NCBI GenBank assembly: GCA_034431835.1
Contig: DAOUDA010000060.1
Location: 2,106 to 66,105 of the forward strand
DNA length: 64,000 nucleotides
Direction: 5' to 3'
Origin: Chloroflexaceae bacterium
GTDB lineage: Bacteria; Chloroflexota; Chloroflexia; Chloroflexales; Chloroflexaceae
Every line of letters starts with the position of its first letter. Position 1 is the first letter of the stretch. The notes below the pieces were generated by a model that worked only from the letters and a program-made list of their open reading frames with translations, ran no database searches and was not told the DNA's origin. Positions 51,805-61,855 of the stretch are shown one piece after another. The position numbers and the translations under genes are program-made.

Positions 51805-52728
51805 TTACGCCTGTTGAAGCGCCGGGTGCAGTCTGGTGGCGGCGAGCCAGGCCTCGATCCCTTCCGCTGGCTGCACACCCTGTTCGGTGACGATCCCCGC
51901 CAGAGCGGAAAGCGGGGTCAGATCATAGTAGAGATTGGTGATCCGCACCCCTGGCGGGGCGGCATCCCAGACCTGTTCAGGTGGCCAGAGGGCCTGGGCG
52001 GGCGGTACGTAGCCTGGAGGAAGGAACTTCTCGCTGCCGCACAGGGTATACATCGGCACCTTGCTGGCGGCCGCGGCCAGGGCAATGGCATAGGTGCCCA
52101 CCTTGTTGACCAGACCGTTGGCATCGAGGTAGTCGGCGCCCACCAGCACCACCTGCATCTGGGGGACCATGGCGACCGCCAGGGCGTCAATCACCAGGGT
52201 GACCTCAACGCCAGCAGCCGCCAGTTCGCTGGCCAGGGCGCGCCCTTCACAGCCCGGCCGCCCCTCGGCACAGACGACCCGGAAGCGCCGGCCGGCGCGT
52301 TGCGCATGGCGCAGGGCCGCCCGTACCGTTGTGCTCCGGCCATTAGTAAGAATCTGGCCATCTTCAGGGATCAGGCGCAGGGCCGTCTCGGCGATTGCCG
52401 CTTCGTGGACGCGCAGCCAGCGCTTGAAATCGCCGGTGGCATCGGCCACCCTGCGACGCGCCTCATCGGCGGAGGCGGTGCCCTCAAGGCGCCAGAGCAC
52501 TCCGTTAACGAGATTCACCAGCGGCGCCATCGTCGGGTGGGCACGGATCAGCGCCCATCCAACATCGAGCACTTGCTGGACCAGACCGTCCTTCTGAAGC
52601 GAATGGTCGGTGCGAACCAGACGTTGAAAGACCTCAGCGCTTTTTTCGGCCACCTCCACGGCCCCGGAGAGACTATCCTCCGCAATAGCGGCTATCGCCT
52701 GTAGGGTAAAGCTATCCACGCCTTCCAT
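51805..52728 (-). CDS. eIF-2B alpha/beta/delta-like family protein (MtnA / ribose-1,5-bisphosphate isomerase superfamily)
   Basis: GQILTNGRSTTVRAAL, RVVCAEGRPGCEGRALASELAAAGV and LVGADYLDANGLVNKVGTYAIALAA match the family core. 307 aa. Confidence 0.75.
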   Translation of the reverse strand: MEGVDSFTLQAIAAIAEDSLSGAVEVAEKSAEVFQRLVRTDHSLQKDGLVQQVLDVGWALIRAHPTMAPLVNLVNGVLWRLEGTASADEARRRVADATGDFKRWLRVHEAAIAETALRLIPEDGQILTNGRSTTVRAALRHAQRAGRRFRVVCAEGRPGCEGRALASELAAAGVEVTLVIDALAVAMVPQMQVVLVGADYLDANGLVNKVGTYAIALAAAASKVPMYTLCGSEKFLPPGYVPPAQALWPPEQVWDAAPPGVRITNLYYDLTPLSALAGIVTEQGVQPAEGIEAWLAATRLHPALQQA

Positions 52729-52894
52729 CCTGTACGTGCTGTTGAAGCCAGCGCTACGACAACCGGCGCCGGTTCCGGGCGAGCGAGGGCTTGATCATCA
52801 GTATCTTCTTCATATGCATATGATACCGCATGCTGGGGGTTGGCGGTGCATCGTGCACAGGATTCGCGCAGCACGGTCGGAGCGGGGGGCAACG

Positions 52895-52962
52895 CTCCTC
52901 ACCCCCTCGACCGCAGGTAGAGAGGGCGGGGGTTGGAGGGCGAGTGAGGACCACAACCGCCT
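52895..52962 (+). repeat. ~65-bp repeat, family P3
   Basis: CTCCTCACCCCCTCGACCGCAGGTAGAGAGGGCGGGGGTTGGAGGGCGAGTGAGGACCACAACCGCC. The tail matches the copy at 10807. Confidence 0.75.
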
Positions 52963-53093
52963 ATGCGGACTTCGGGCGATGGGGGTGGGGCCGTGGGATG
53001 CCGCATGGCAAGGACGCCCGGCGGGGCAAGCGACCTGTGAGCCTCAGCCCCAACCAGGAGCGGTTGGGGCCGAAGCCGCTTCGACCCGGAGCG

Positions 53094-55514
53094 TCAGGAT
53101 CGCCGGGAGCCGATGGCGCGCCGCTTGAGCAACAGATTGAGGATCTGCCGAACCTGCTCAATGGAAAAGGGCTTTGCCAGAAACAGGTTCCCGCTCTGCT
53201 CAAGGCTGGCGCGGGTAGCGTGGCTCAGCGTATCGCCACTCACGAAGATCAGGCGTTCTGCGAGATCAGGGTTCTGCGCGCGAAGGGTGCTGAGCACATC
53301 GAAGCCATTCATACCAGGCATCTTCACATCGCAGAGCACGACATCAAACACCTCACGTTTCACCATCTCCAGCCCCGACTCGCCACTACAGACGATGGTC
53401 GGGCGGTGGCCAAGGGTGCGGAGCATGCGACCGAGCAAATTCCCAACCGGCTCTTCGTCATCCACCACCAGCACCCGCAGGCTTGCGACCGGCTCCTCAG
53501 CTTCACCGGCGGGGAGCGCTTCCAACATTCGCTCAGCCGGCGCAGCGCGTACCGGCAGCGTGACCACGACACACGTCCCGACGCCGATCTGGCTCTCGGC
53601 CCAGATCTGGCCTTCGTGTTCCTTGACGATCCCGAAGCAAATTGACAGACCCAGGCCAGTTCCCTGCCCCACCGGCTTGGTAGTAAAAAATGGATTGAAA
53701 ATCTTCTGCAGATCACGCTCAGGAATGCCCACACCAGTATCGACCACCTCAATCCGGATCTGAGCCTCACCGCCGGGGCGTTGTTCGAGACTGGTGCGCA
53801 GGGTAAGCGTGCCCTGGCCGCCTTTCTGGACCATGGCGTAGCGCGCGTTGGTGATGAGGTTCAAAAACACCTGTTGGAGTTGATGGAAATCGGCGGTTGT
53901 CGGGGGCAACCCCGGATCAAGCTCCAGCCTGACCCCGATATTTTCAACCCGCAACTGGTACTGCTGGAGGGCGAGGGCGCGGCGGAGCGCCTCGTTGACC
54001 GAGCCGATCGTCCGCTCAGGTTTATGTTCACGGGCGAAGATCAGCAGGTTCTGGACAATTTTTGCGGCCCGTTCGGCCTGCACGTAGATCTGTTCGAGAT
54101 CCTGGCGCGGCTCGGGGGGCAGGCGTTCATCGCGGAGCAAAAGCTGGGCGTACCCGCTGACGCTGGTGAGGGGATTGTTCAATTCATGGGCCACACCGGC
54201 CACCAGCTGGCCAATGGCCGAGAGCTTCTCTGACTGCAGGAGCTGCTGCTCGAGGCGGCGGCGCTCGGTCAAGTTACGGGCGATGCAGTGCACCCCCTTT
54301 AACCCGACCCCGTTCTGGATCCCCTGGGCCGAGACCTCAAGATAGACCGGCTCGCCATCACGGCGCACCAGTTCGAGTTCAAATGGGGCAACGCTACGCC
54401 CGGCCAGCAGTTCACGCAGGTACGGTTCGGCGCCGGCCCACGACTCGGAGGCGCAGAGCGCGCGCAGCGGGCGCCCAAGCAACTCAGCCAGCGTGTAACC
54501 GGTGAGCTGTTCGCCCACTTTGTTGATCGTTGTAATTGTCAACGTTTCATTAAGCATGAAGATCAAATCGTAGGCATTGACGAACAAATCCCGGTAGCGT
54601 TGTTCCGAAAGCTTCACCTGCTCATAGAGCCGGGCATTTTCGATAGCAATAGCGGCATAATCGGCGAGGGTCGCCAGGAGGTACTCATCATTCTCGGTGA
54701 AGGTGCGATCGGCCACACGATTGTCAACCGCCAGGACGCCCTTCACCTTTGTGCCGAGCATGAGGGGCACCTGCAGGATGGCCCGCACCAGAAAGCCAGT
54801 TTTCACCTTGAGCGCGGCGCCAACTCTTGACTGATCAAGACGCACCGGCTTGCCCGTGCGAAAGACCTGTCCGGCGAGCGAGTCATCGATGGGGAGGCGC
54901 AGGCTCTGGGCGCGCTGCTCGCCAAGGTTCTTGGCCGCGCGAAGGTACAGCTCCTGCTGCGTCTCGTCGTGCAGCAGAAGGAACCCCTCCTCGGCCTGCG
55001 TGATGAACACGCCGGCCTCGACGATGCGCTGGAGCAACTGCTCCTGATCCATCAGACCGGTGACCGACTTGCCGATCCGGTAGAGCACGGTCAACTCCTG
55101 GACTCGCTGCTGAAGCGAGGCGGTGAGGCGTTCCTTGTCCCGGCGCAGGCGGCGCTCACGCAGCGCCTGGTCGATCACGGCGCGGGCCTCAATGTCAGAG
55201 AAGGGCTTGATCAGGTAGTTCCGCGCCCCCAGGCGGAAGGCTTCTACAGCAATACTCTCGGACCCGTGAGCGGTCATCAGGATGACAGGAACGTCGTAGC
55301 CCTCCTGGGCGATCATCCGCAACAGGTCGAGACCGCTCGTATCGGGAAGTTGCAGATCGAGCAAGATCAGGTCAGGGAGGCGCGAGCGGATACGTTGCAA
55401 TCCCTGACGTCCGGTGTGGGCGACAATTGCCGTAAACCCCAACTCTGGGAGCACGTGGTTCGCCAGCAGGCTGGCGATGTACTCACTATCGTCAATAATC
55501 AGAATCTCTTCCAT
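53094..55514 (-). CDS. hybrid sensor histidine kinase (REC-GAF-PAS-HisKA-HATPase_c-REC), cytoplasmic
   Basis: N-terminal REC ([24 protein letters not shown]). GAF-like and PAS regions. H-box [47 protein letters not shown]-terminal REC ([27 protein letters not shown]). Confidence 0.85.
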   Translation of the reverse strand: MEEILIIDDSEYIASLLANHVLPELGFTAIVAHTGRQGLQRIRSRLPDLILLDLQLPDTSGLDLLRMIAQEGYDVPVILMTAHGSESIAVEAFRLGARNYLIKPFSDIEARAVIDQALRERRLRRDKERLTASLQQRVQELTVLYRIGKSVTGLMDQEQLLQRIVEAGVFITQAEEGFLLLHDETQQELYLRAAKNLGEQRAQSLRLPIDDSLAGQVFRTGKPVRLDQSRVGAALKVKTGFLVRAILQVPLMLGTKVKGVLAVDNRVADRTFTENDEYLLATLADYAAIAIENARLYEQVKLSEQRYRDLFVNAYDLIFMLNETLTITTINKVGEQLTGYTLAELLGRPLRALCASESWAGAEPYLRELLAGRSVAPFELELVRRDGEPVYLEVSAQGIQNGVGLKGVHCIARNLTERRRLEQQLLQSEKLSAIGQLVAGVAHELNNPLTSVSGYAQLLLRDERLPPEPRQDLEQIYVQAERAAKIVQNLLIFAREHKPERTIGSVNEALRRALALQQYQLRVENIGVRLELDPGLPPTTADFHQLQQVFLNLITNARYAMVQKGGQGTLTLRTSLEQRPGGEAQIRIEVVDTGVGIPERDLQKIFNPFFTTKPVGQGTGLGLSICFGIVKEHEGQIWAESQIGVGTCVVVTLPVRAAPAERMLEALPAGEAEEPVASLRVLVVDDEEPVGNLLGRMLRTLGHRPTIVCSGESGLEMVKREVFDVVLCDVKMPGMNGFDVLSTLRAQNPDLAERLIFVSGDTLSHATRASLEQSGNLFLAKPFSIEQVRQILNLLLKRRAIGSRRS

Positions 55515-55854
55515 AGCTTTCCTGGCGCCTCTGGCCCGGGGTCAGTCGGCGAATTGTAACCGACAGCAATGGTGCGGCGGCGGATGCACTCAGGCGCCCC
55601 TGCGATGCCAGCCAGGTGTTGCCGACAGTGGAGGTAAATTGTACACTACACCCCCTGGATGTGACAAGGTCGCGACGTGTAACCTCAGGGCCGACGGGCA
55701 TCGTCCGCCTCCAGCAGTGGAGTTTGGAGCGGCTACGCCGTTTGACAGAAGCATGGTTCGTCGGCATTGGGGGCCGGGCCGCCAACATCAACGAAAAACC
55801 TGGGATCTGGGGCTTGCCCCAAAGACGTTGAAGCAGACCTGCATAGAACCTGGT

Positions 55855-56820
55855 ATGCCAATCACCTCTATACTCACCATTGCGATCATCGGTGATCTCA
55901 ACGCCGACCTGACCTTTACTGTACCATTTTACCCCGAAGAAGGCGATGATGTGCCAGCCGACGGTCTCCGCTGGTACGGTGGCGGCACCGGTCTCAACGT
56001 TGCCGTGGCGTTTACGCGCCTGGGTGCAACCGCGCGCCTGGTCGCCCGGGTGGGCAACGACCCGGCGGCAGCGATCGTCCTGGGCGCGGCACGCCGGGCC
56101 GGTCTCGACTTGAGCCACGTCCAGCACGACCAGGACGCGCCCACCGGCCTGTGCGGCGTGGTGGTCAGCCCGGGCGGGCAGCGCACCTTTGTAAGTTACC
56201 GGGGGGCCAATGTGCGCTGTGAGCCCGCAGCTCTCGAGACGATGGTGCTGGAACGTTGTGACCTGCTCTTTGTGTGCGGTCACGCCTTGCTGGAGGGGCC
56301 GCAGCGGGCGACGGCGGTGCGCGCCATTGACCTGGCTCACGCGCGGGGCGTTCCCATCGCGCTGGATCTCTGTTTGCCAACCATCCGGGCGGCCCGCCGG
56401 CTGGTGCTCGCCCTGCTCCCGCGGCTCTGGTTGTTGACGTTGAATGAAGAGGAACTGCGAGCGCTTGTTCCCGGCACGAGCGTGCGACCGGCCGTGGATG
56501 AACTCTTGCTTGCCGGTGTACGGCACATTGCCGTCAAGCGTGGCGCCCAGGGATGCAGTGTGGGGGAAGGCGCCACTCGTCTGAATGTTTTGCCTCCGGC
56601 CGTTACGGTCGTCGACACCAACGGCTGCGGCGATGCGTTCGCCGCGGGTTTCGCATGGGCCTTGCTACGGGGGGCCGATCTCTCCGGTAGCGCCGCCATT
56701 GGCAACGTAATGGGCGCCCTGACCGCCAGTCGTTATGGCGCCGCTGAGGCCATCCCGACCCTGGCCGAGATTGCCGCCCGTCTGGATCACTCGCTGCATC
56801 ACCTCCTGGTGGCTTCCTGA
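55855..56820 (+). CDS. PfkB-family carbohydrate/nucleoside kinase
   Basis: N-terminal GDLNADL and GGTGLNVA. C-terminal PfkB signature [15 protein letters not shown]. 321 aa from ATG 55855. Confidence 0.85.
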   Translation: MPITSILTIAIIGDLNADLTFTVPFYPEEGDDVPADGLRWYGGGTGLNVAVAFTRLGATARLVARVGNDPAAAIVLGAARRAGLDLSHVQHDQDAPTGLCGVVVSPGGQRTFVSYRGANVRCEPAALETMVLERCDLLFVCGHALLEGPQRATAVRAIDLAHARGVPIALDLCLPTIRAARRLVLALLPRLWLLTLNEEELRALVPGTSVRPAVDELLLAGVRHIAVKRGAQGCSVGEGATRLNVLPPAVTVVDTNGCGDAFAAGFAWALLRGADLSGSAAIGNVMGALTASRYGAAEAIPTLAEIAARLDHSLHHLLVAS

Positions 56821-56955
56821 ACAAGAACTCTCGGTGGGTCCCACATATATAAACGCGCCGTCATTGTAAAAGGATATGAGGAGGGCGAGCAACTTGCCCA
56901 TTCCCACGGTAACGCAGGTTTGAACCCTGTTTATGGACCCGGAAAGGAGCACCGC

Positions 56956-57822
56956 ATGGCCCCACCCTGGAAGGAGCGTCTGGATGCGCTGCGCATCCGT
57001 GATCTGCGATCGATCTTCGGCGTTGCAAAACCGGTGATCGGAATGGTGCACTGCTGGCCATTGCCCGGTGCGCCAGGCTACACGGGCTACGGGATGGCGC
57101 CGATCATCGAGCACGCCGTGCGCGACGCCACGGCCCTGGCCGAAGGCGGCTGCCACGGGCTGATCGTCGAGAATATGTGGGACATTCCCTTCCGCGCCGG
57201 ACCGCACCTGCAACCCGAGAGCATTGCCGCCCACGCCGTGGTGGCCCACGCGGTGCGTGAAGCCGTGCCCGACCTTCCCCTGGGCATCAATCTGGTGCAT
57301 AACGGCGGGGTCGCCCTGCTCGGCATCGCCATCGCTGCCGGGGCCAGCTTCATCCGCGTCTGTATGTTCACTGGCGCGGGGGTATGGGACGCGGGCAGTT
57401 GGGACGAGGGCTGCGCCGCCGACCTGCTGCGGCGCCGCAAGGAACTGCACGCCGAGCACATCAAGATCTTCGCCGACGTGGACAAGAAGCATTCGGTGCG
57501 CTTTCCGGGCATTGACCTCGCCACGCATATCGAGTGGACACGCTTTTTCGGCGCCGACGCGCTGATCGTCTCTGGCCGCATGACCGGCGACGCGCCGGAT
57601 GTGGAGAAGGTGCGCGAGGCCCGGCGGCTGGCCGGTGACGCGCCGTTGCTCCTTGGCAGCGGAACCGACGAACGCAACATCGGTGCGTTTATGGCGATCG
57701 CCGACGGCGTTATCGTGGGCAGCAGCATTAAAGTTGACGGCGAGATCGCCAATCCGGTCGATGTCGAGCGGGTGCGGCGCTTCGTTCGCGCCGCGCGCCA
57801 GAGTACTGACCGGAACGTATGA
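56956..57822 (+). CDS. BtpA/SgcQ family TIM-barrel protein
   Basis: PVIGMVHCWPLPGAPGY, GLIVENMWDIPF and GINLVHNG match the BtpA (TIGR00259-type) pattern. ATG 56956 follows AAGGAG. Confidence 0.75.
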   Translation: MAPPWKERLDALRIRDLRSIFGVAKPVIGMVHCWPLPGAPGYTGYGMAPIIEHAVRDATALAEGGCHGLIVENMWDIPFRAGPHLQPESIAAHAVVAHAVREAVPDLPLGINLVHNGGVALLGIAIAAGASFIRVCMFTGAGVWDAGSWDEGCAADLLRRRKELHAEHIKIFADVDKKHSVRFPGIDLATHIEWTRFFGADALIVSGRMTGDAPDVEKVREARRLAGDAPLLLGSGTDERNIGAFMAIADGVIVGSSIKVDGEIANPVDVERVRRFVRAARQSTDRNV

Positions 57823-57963
57823 TCCCGTCAGGACGCTGACCCTCTGAGGACAACGAGCGCATCAATCGTTGCGAGAAACGCGATGCTATGCGACCGGAGA
57901 AGCTGGTTTGCCGATGCCCCTGCCGGCCACGGGCCTCCGGCGCACCACTGCCTGGCGGGGTGT

Positions 57964-57985
57964 GCGGAAAGCAGATTTCCTCACA
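57964..57985. repeat. degenerate family P1 copy
   Basis: GCGGAAAGCAGATTTCCTCAC. Confidence 0.5.
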
Positions 57986-58195
57986 CCCTACCGGCTGGCT
58001 GGTACTCCAGGGGGGGATGCTACCAGTACCTCCGGCGCTCTTCTCATCCGACCCATGCGCCATTGGCGCTGAACCCGGTCCATGCTATCCTCTCACTGTG
58101 AGCGAACATTCCGGCAAACGTTCCAACCCGATCGCTCATTGCTGTTGTTCCGGTTGGTCGGACTGAGTCTCTGTTCTTGCGTCATCGTCGCAACA

Positions 58196-58267
58196 CCGTC
58201 CCAGCACGACATCGCAGCACCATCCCAGCACGACATCGCAGCACTGCCCCAACACAACGTCGCAGCA
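58196..58267 (+). repeat. 24-nt tandem repeat x3 in non-coding DNA
   Basis: CCGTCCCAGCACGACATCGCAGCA / CCATCCCAGCACGACATCGCAGCA / CTGCCCCAACACAACGTCGCAGCA. Confidence 0.85.
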
Positions 58268-58344
58268 GAGGTTCAGCCGCACTACACGCCCACGATACCA
58301 GTACGTTGCTACGCACGTGCTCCGATCAACTCGGAAGACAGTGA

Positions 58345-58384
58345 CCCGGCCCCCGGCGCATGCTGGGGGCCGGGTCTTTGCGTT
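58345..58384. terminator. bidirectional-looking intrinsic terminator hairpin
   Basis: CCCGGCCCCC-N10-GGGGGCCGGG followed by TCTTTGCGTT on the plus strand. On the minus strand it lies 118 nt downstream of rsmI and is followed by TCACTGTCTTCC. Confidence 0.55.
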
Positions 58385-58502
58385 GGGCCAATCGGTAGGA
58401 TTCGGTGCGGTTTCGCCTCAGGCAGGGGGGTGCTGTCCACCCCTGAACCCGGGAGGTATCCGGACGACCTCCAGGGATGTTGCTGGGAGGGCCTTGCCCT
58501 TG

Positions 58503-59381
58503 CTACTCACCTTCCCCCAGGCTCAACCACACCTGGTAGACCACACTCTTCTGCAGGCCAAGTTCGCGGGCCACGGCGCGGGCCGCCGCGCTGCCGGCAT
58601 AGCCCTGGTCGCGCAACTGGCGCAGGCGCCGCGCGATCTCGGCCTCGCTCGGTGGCGTTTCCGTCTCGGGATGCACCTGGAGACGATAGCGATCGCGTTT
58701 GCGCTCACTGCCGGCGGCAAGCCCCTCGATCACCAGGGTGTACTCGCCACGTGGGCGCCGGAGGCTGAAGTGGGTCACCATCTCGGCGACGCTGCCACGC
58801 CGGAACTCCTCGAAGCGCTTGGTCAACTCATTGGCGACCACGATGCGCCGGTCACCGAGCACGGCCAGGATGTCTTGCAGGGCCTCGAGCAGGCGATGGG
58901 GCGCCTCGAAGCAGACGAGGGTCAGTGTCAGGCTGGCCATCTCGGCGAGGAGTTGCCGGCGATCCGCTCCCCGGCGGGGTAAAAAGCCGATGTAGGCGAA
59001 ACGGTCAGTGGGCAGGCCCGAGGCCGCCAGCGCGGCCAGGAGCGCCGAGGGGCCAGGCACGGGTGACACCGGGAAGCCTGCCACGAGACAGGCCCGCACC
59101 AACTCGACCCCGGGGTCGGAGATGGCAGGTGTGCCGGCGTCGGAGACAAGGGCCACGTCGCCCAGGGCCAGGGTCGCCAGAATAGTGTCGAGGCGGAGGA
59201 GTTTGTTGTGCTCGTGGTAGGAGATGCAGGGGGTGGTGATGGCGTAGTGCTCAAGCAGACGGCGCGTATGGCGCGTATCCTCGGCGGCGATCAGGCGCGC
59301 CTCGCGGAGCACGCGCAGGGCGCGCAGGGTGATGTCCTCCAGATTGCCGATCGGCGTGGCGACAAGAAACAGGGTGCCCAC
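58503..59381 (-). CDS. rsmI: 16S rRNA (cytidine1402-2'-O)-methyltransferase
   Basis: LFLVATPIGNLEDITLRALRVL..AAEDTRHTRRLL opening and SDAGTPAISDPG. Carries a ~60-aa C-terminal extension. Confidence 0.9.
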   Translation of the reverse strand: MGTLFLVATPIGNLEDITLRALRVLREARLIAAEDTRHTRRLLEHYAITTPCISYHEHNKLLRLDTILATLALGDVALVSDAGTPAISDPGVELVRACLVAGFPVSPVPGPSALLAALAASGLPTDRFAYIGFLPRRGADRRQLLAEMASLTLTLVCFEAPHRLLEALQDILAVLGDRRIVVANELTKRFEEFRRGSVAEMVTHFSLRRPRGEYTLVIEGLAAGSERKRDRYRLQVHPETETPPSEAEIARRLRQLRDQGYAGSAAARAVARELGLQKSVVYQVWLSLGEGE

Positions 59382-59384
59382 GGC

Positions 59385-60350
59385 TCAACGCTCAGTGCCT
59401 AGACGCGCCCGCCAGTAGTCGAGCAACTCCTCGACGATCGCAGGCACATCGATCGTTGGTTCCCAACCGGTGACGGCGCGCAGTTTAGTGTTATCACCCA
59501 CCAGCACCGGCTCATCGCTGGGACGGAGGCGGGCCGGATCGACCCGCACCTCCACCGGCACGCGGCCGCGCTGCACCACCAGTTGCACGATGTCGCCAAT
59601 ACGGGTGGCCCGCCCGGAGCAGAGGTTGTAGACCTCGCCGGGGGCGCCGCGTTCGAGCAGCAGCCAGAGGGCGCGAGCGACATCACGGGTGTGGGTGAAA
59701 TCCCGGCGTGGCGCCAGGTTCCCAACGTGGATCACCGGTTCTTGCAGACCGAGTTCGGCGGCGGCCATCTGCTGGCAGAAGGTCTGGATCGAACAACGGT
59801 CGCCCTGGCGCGGCCCGACGTGGTTGAACGAGCGGGTCACGACCACGTGGAGCCCGTAGGTATCGTGGTACTGGAGGCCGGCCAGTTCGGCCGCAACCTT
59901 GCTGACGCCATAGGGGCTGGCGGGACGCAGCGGGTGGCTCTCGGCGATGGGCGTCGCCTCGGGCCGCACCGCACCGTACTGGGCGCTGGTGCCGGCGATG
60001 TGGATACGGGCGTGGGGGGCGTGGCGGCGAGCAGCTTCCAGCACGTTGATTGTGCCTTCGACATTGATGCGCAGCGTATGGATCGGCGCGTCCCAGGAGG
60101 CGCTGGGGTAACTCTGCGCAGCGAGGTGGAAGATCCGCTCCGGCGCAGCGGCGGCAACCGCCCGCGCGAGCGAGTAGGGGTCCTCGATGTCGCCCTCGTG
60201 GATGACGATGCGCCCGAGCAGGTGGGCGATCGGGCGTGGATCGCTGCGCCAGCGCTTAAAGGCGTGGATCTCGAGGCCGGGGATGGTCAGCAGATAATCG
60301 GCAAGGAAGCTGCCAACCGGTCCGGTGATGCCGGTGATGAAGATGCGCAT
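59385..60350 (-). CDS. NAD-dependent sugar-nucleotide epimerase/dehydratase (SDR; GDP-mannose-dehydratase / GDP-6-deoxyhexose-reductase-like)
   Basis: Rossmann motif ITGITGPVGSFLADYL and catalytic YGVSKVAAE (YxxxK). 321 aa. Its stop lies 3 nt before the rsmI start. Confidence 0.8.
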   Translation of the reverse strand: MRIFITGITGPVGSFLADYLLTIPGLEIHAFKRWRSDPRPIAHLLGRIVIHEGDIEDPYSLARAVAAAAPERIFHLAAQSYPSASWDAPIHTLRINVEGTINVLEAARRHAPHARIHIAGTSAQYGAVRPEATPIAESHPLRPASPYGVSKVAAELAGLQYHDTYGLHVVVTRSFNHVGPRQGDRCSIQTFCQQMAAAELGLQEPVIHVGNLAPRRDFTHTRDVARALWLLLERGAPGEVYNLCSGRATRIGDIVQLVVQRGRVPVEVRVDPARLRPSDEPVLVGDNTKLRAVTGWEPTIDVPAIVEELLDYWRARLGTER

Positions 60351-60430
60351 GGCGTCTCCGGGTCACGTGGGTCCTCGGCATGCTGCGGACCCAGACGTTC
60401 CAACTGGACAGGCGCTCCACGGTTCCTGTC

Positions 60431-60462
60431 TGTGGAGGTGTAGAGCTGTGGAGGTGTGGAGA
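60431..60462 (-). repeat. 8-nt tandem array of CCTCCACA-type units, the same repeat as 6588-6621
   Basis: The minus strand reads TCTCCACA CCTCCACA GCTCTACA CCTCCACA, 81 nt upstream of the SDR gene start (60350) and in the sense orientation. Confidence 0.9.
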
Positions 60463-60543
60463 CCAGTTACACGCTATGCATCTTACCACAGGGGCCGGCT
60501 CACCCTGTCAACTCGCACCGATGAACACAGGACCGCTGCAAGG

Positions 60544-61506
60544 TCAGCCCTGAACGATCAGGAAGCTGATCAGGCGATCAGCGGCATCGCGCAGTTCGGC
60601 CCGATCGCCGGCGCGCCAGACGTCGGTTCGCTTCCAGTAGAACTCGCCGACTTCAGGATCGTCCTCGTCAACGGCGCTGTAGACATTGATGGTTTGGGCA
60701 GGGGCAATCACAAACTCGGGGAAGATATAGGGTGTAACATCGTTGCGATTCACATTGACCAGGCGCCAGGCCGTCATGTTGATCGAACGGGTAGTGGCGT
60801 TGCGGATCTCGACATATTCATCGTTGGACAGCCCCGGGACGCGCAGCACAACTTGAATGATGCGAACGGAGTTGGCGTTGGGAATGGGCGTCACGGTGAC
60901 CGTCGTGGTTGGTCCAGGTGTTGTGGTGGGGCCGGCGGTGGACGTTGTGGTGGGGCCGGCGGTGGACGTTGCGACCGGGCTGCCTGCCAGGGTAGGGGTG
61001 GGCGACGGGGCAACCGTCCGTTCGGGCACGGGCGTCGTGAGGGGCATAGCCGTCGGGGTTGGCGCCACGGGGACGGGCGTGATTACCGGCGCCGCCGTAC
61101 TGGTGGGAAGGGGGACGCGGGTTACCTGGGTCGCGGCAGGGAGGGTGGGAGTCTCTGGCACACTGTCAAGGGGCACATCGACAAAACAGGTGAAACGCGC
61201 GACAACGGCGCGCGAGCCACGCAGGCGCACCTCAACCGGGTACACGCCAGGCCGCTCATTGGCGCGCAGAGGAATGCGGTAAAAGCCGTTGCGATCGGCC
61301 ACTCCGCCACCGACCGCGCGCTCGCCCAGGGTCACCAGCAACGCCTCGGACGGAGGCGCCGGGCCTTCGAGAAAGACGGTCTGCCCATTGGGACAGGCAA
61401 TAGGCACAGGGTCGGCGGCGCGGAGCGGCGCAAGTCCCCACCAGAGACCAACGACGGCGCCGGCAACCAGCAGGGCAAAAACCGCGAATCGTTTGCGGAG
61501 AAACAA
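60544..61506 (-). CDS. secreted/anchored protein with an Ig-like domain, Thr/Pro-rich linker and a C-terminal lamin-tail (LTD) domain
   Basis: Signal/anchor FAVFALLVAGAVVGLWW. T/P linker containing a perfect 24-nt x2 tandem (60920-60967, TSTAGPTT x2). C-terminal NDEYVEIRNATTRSINMTAWRL..VYS..AELRD is typical of LTD domains. Confidence 0.65.
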   Translation of the reverse strand: MFLRKRFAVFALLVAGAVVGLWWGLAPLRAADPVPIACPNGQTVFLEGPAPPSEALLVTLGERAVGGGVADRNGFYRIPLRANERPGVYPVEVRLRGSRAVVARFTCFVDVPLDSVPETPTLPAATQVTRVPLPTSTAAPVITPVPVAPTPTAMPLTTPVPERTVAPSPTPTLAGSPVATSTAGPTTTSTAGPTTTPGPTTTVTVTPIPNANSVRIIQVVLRVPGLSNDEYVEIRNATTRSINMTAWRLVNVNRNDVTPYIFPEFVIAPAQTINVYSAVDEDDPEVGEFYWKRTDVWRAGDRAELRDAADRLISFLIVQG

Positions 61507-61602
61507 CGCTATATCCAGGTTGCAATGACGAGCGACAGGCGTAGGACGCAGAACGTTCCGGCCAGGAAGAGCCTGCCGCGGCGGGCGCCGCCAGCGGATC
61601 GC

Positions 61603-61619
61603 GGAGGGCTCGACCCTCC
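61603..61619. repeat. family P2 hairpin (short)
   Basis: GGAGGGCTCGACCCTCC. Confidence 0.7.
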
Positions 61620-61738
61620 CCTAAATGCTCACCTCAAAAGACCGCATGGTCAAACCACGGATACGTGAAGGGGAAGGGGCCTCGAAAGGTTCAACTCGCG
61701 AGGGCGAAGGCGTTGGGATCAGCGGCGTGATACAATGC

Positions 61739-61815
61739 TGGTGGGCGATAGTGGATTCGAACCACTGGCCTCCACGATGTCAACGTGGCGCTCTAACCAA
61801 CTGAGCTAATCGCCC
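61739..61815 (-). tRNA. tRNA-Val (anticodon GAC), CCA encoded
   Basis: Acceptor GGGCGAT/ATCGCCC. D-arm GCTCAGTTGGTTAGAGC. Anticodon arm CCACG-TTGACAT-CGTGG. T-loop GGTTCGAATCC. 77 nt. Confidence 0.9.
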
Positions 61816-61826
61816 GCTCACCCGAT

Positions 61827-61855
61827 ATGCTACCATTGATGGCAACGGCTGTCAA
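61827..61855 (-). promoter_or_regulatory. candidate tRNA-Val promoter
   Basis: The minus strand reads TTGACA (61855-61850), a 17-nt spacer, then TAGCAT (61832-61827). The -10 ends 11 nt before the tRNA 5' end. It overlaps the first codons of the divergent ORF. Confidence 0.6.

Noticed and set aside
57888-58166. 92-aa Cys-rich ORF (ending ..HCCCSGWSD) in the btpA-rsmI spacer; considered as a small secreted or metal-binding peptide.
   Set aside because: It runs through a degenerate P1 palindrome and has no RBS or signal peptide. Its Cys content comes from GC-rich TGC codons in a non-coding-looking stretch. It is kept only as a low-priority note in the spacer finding.
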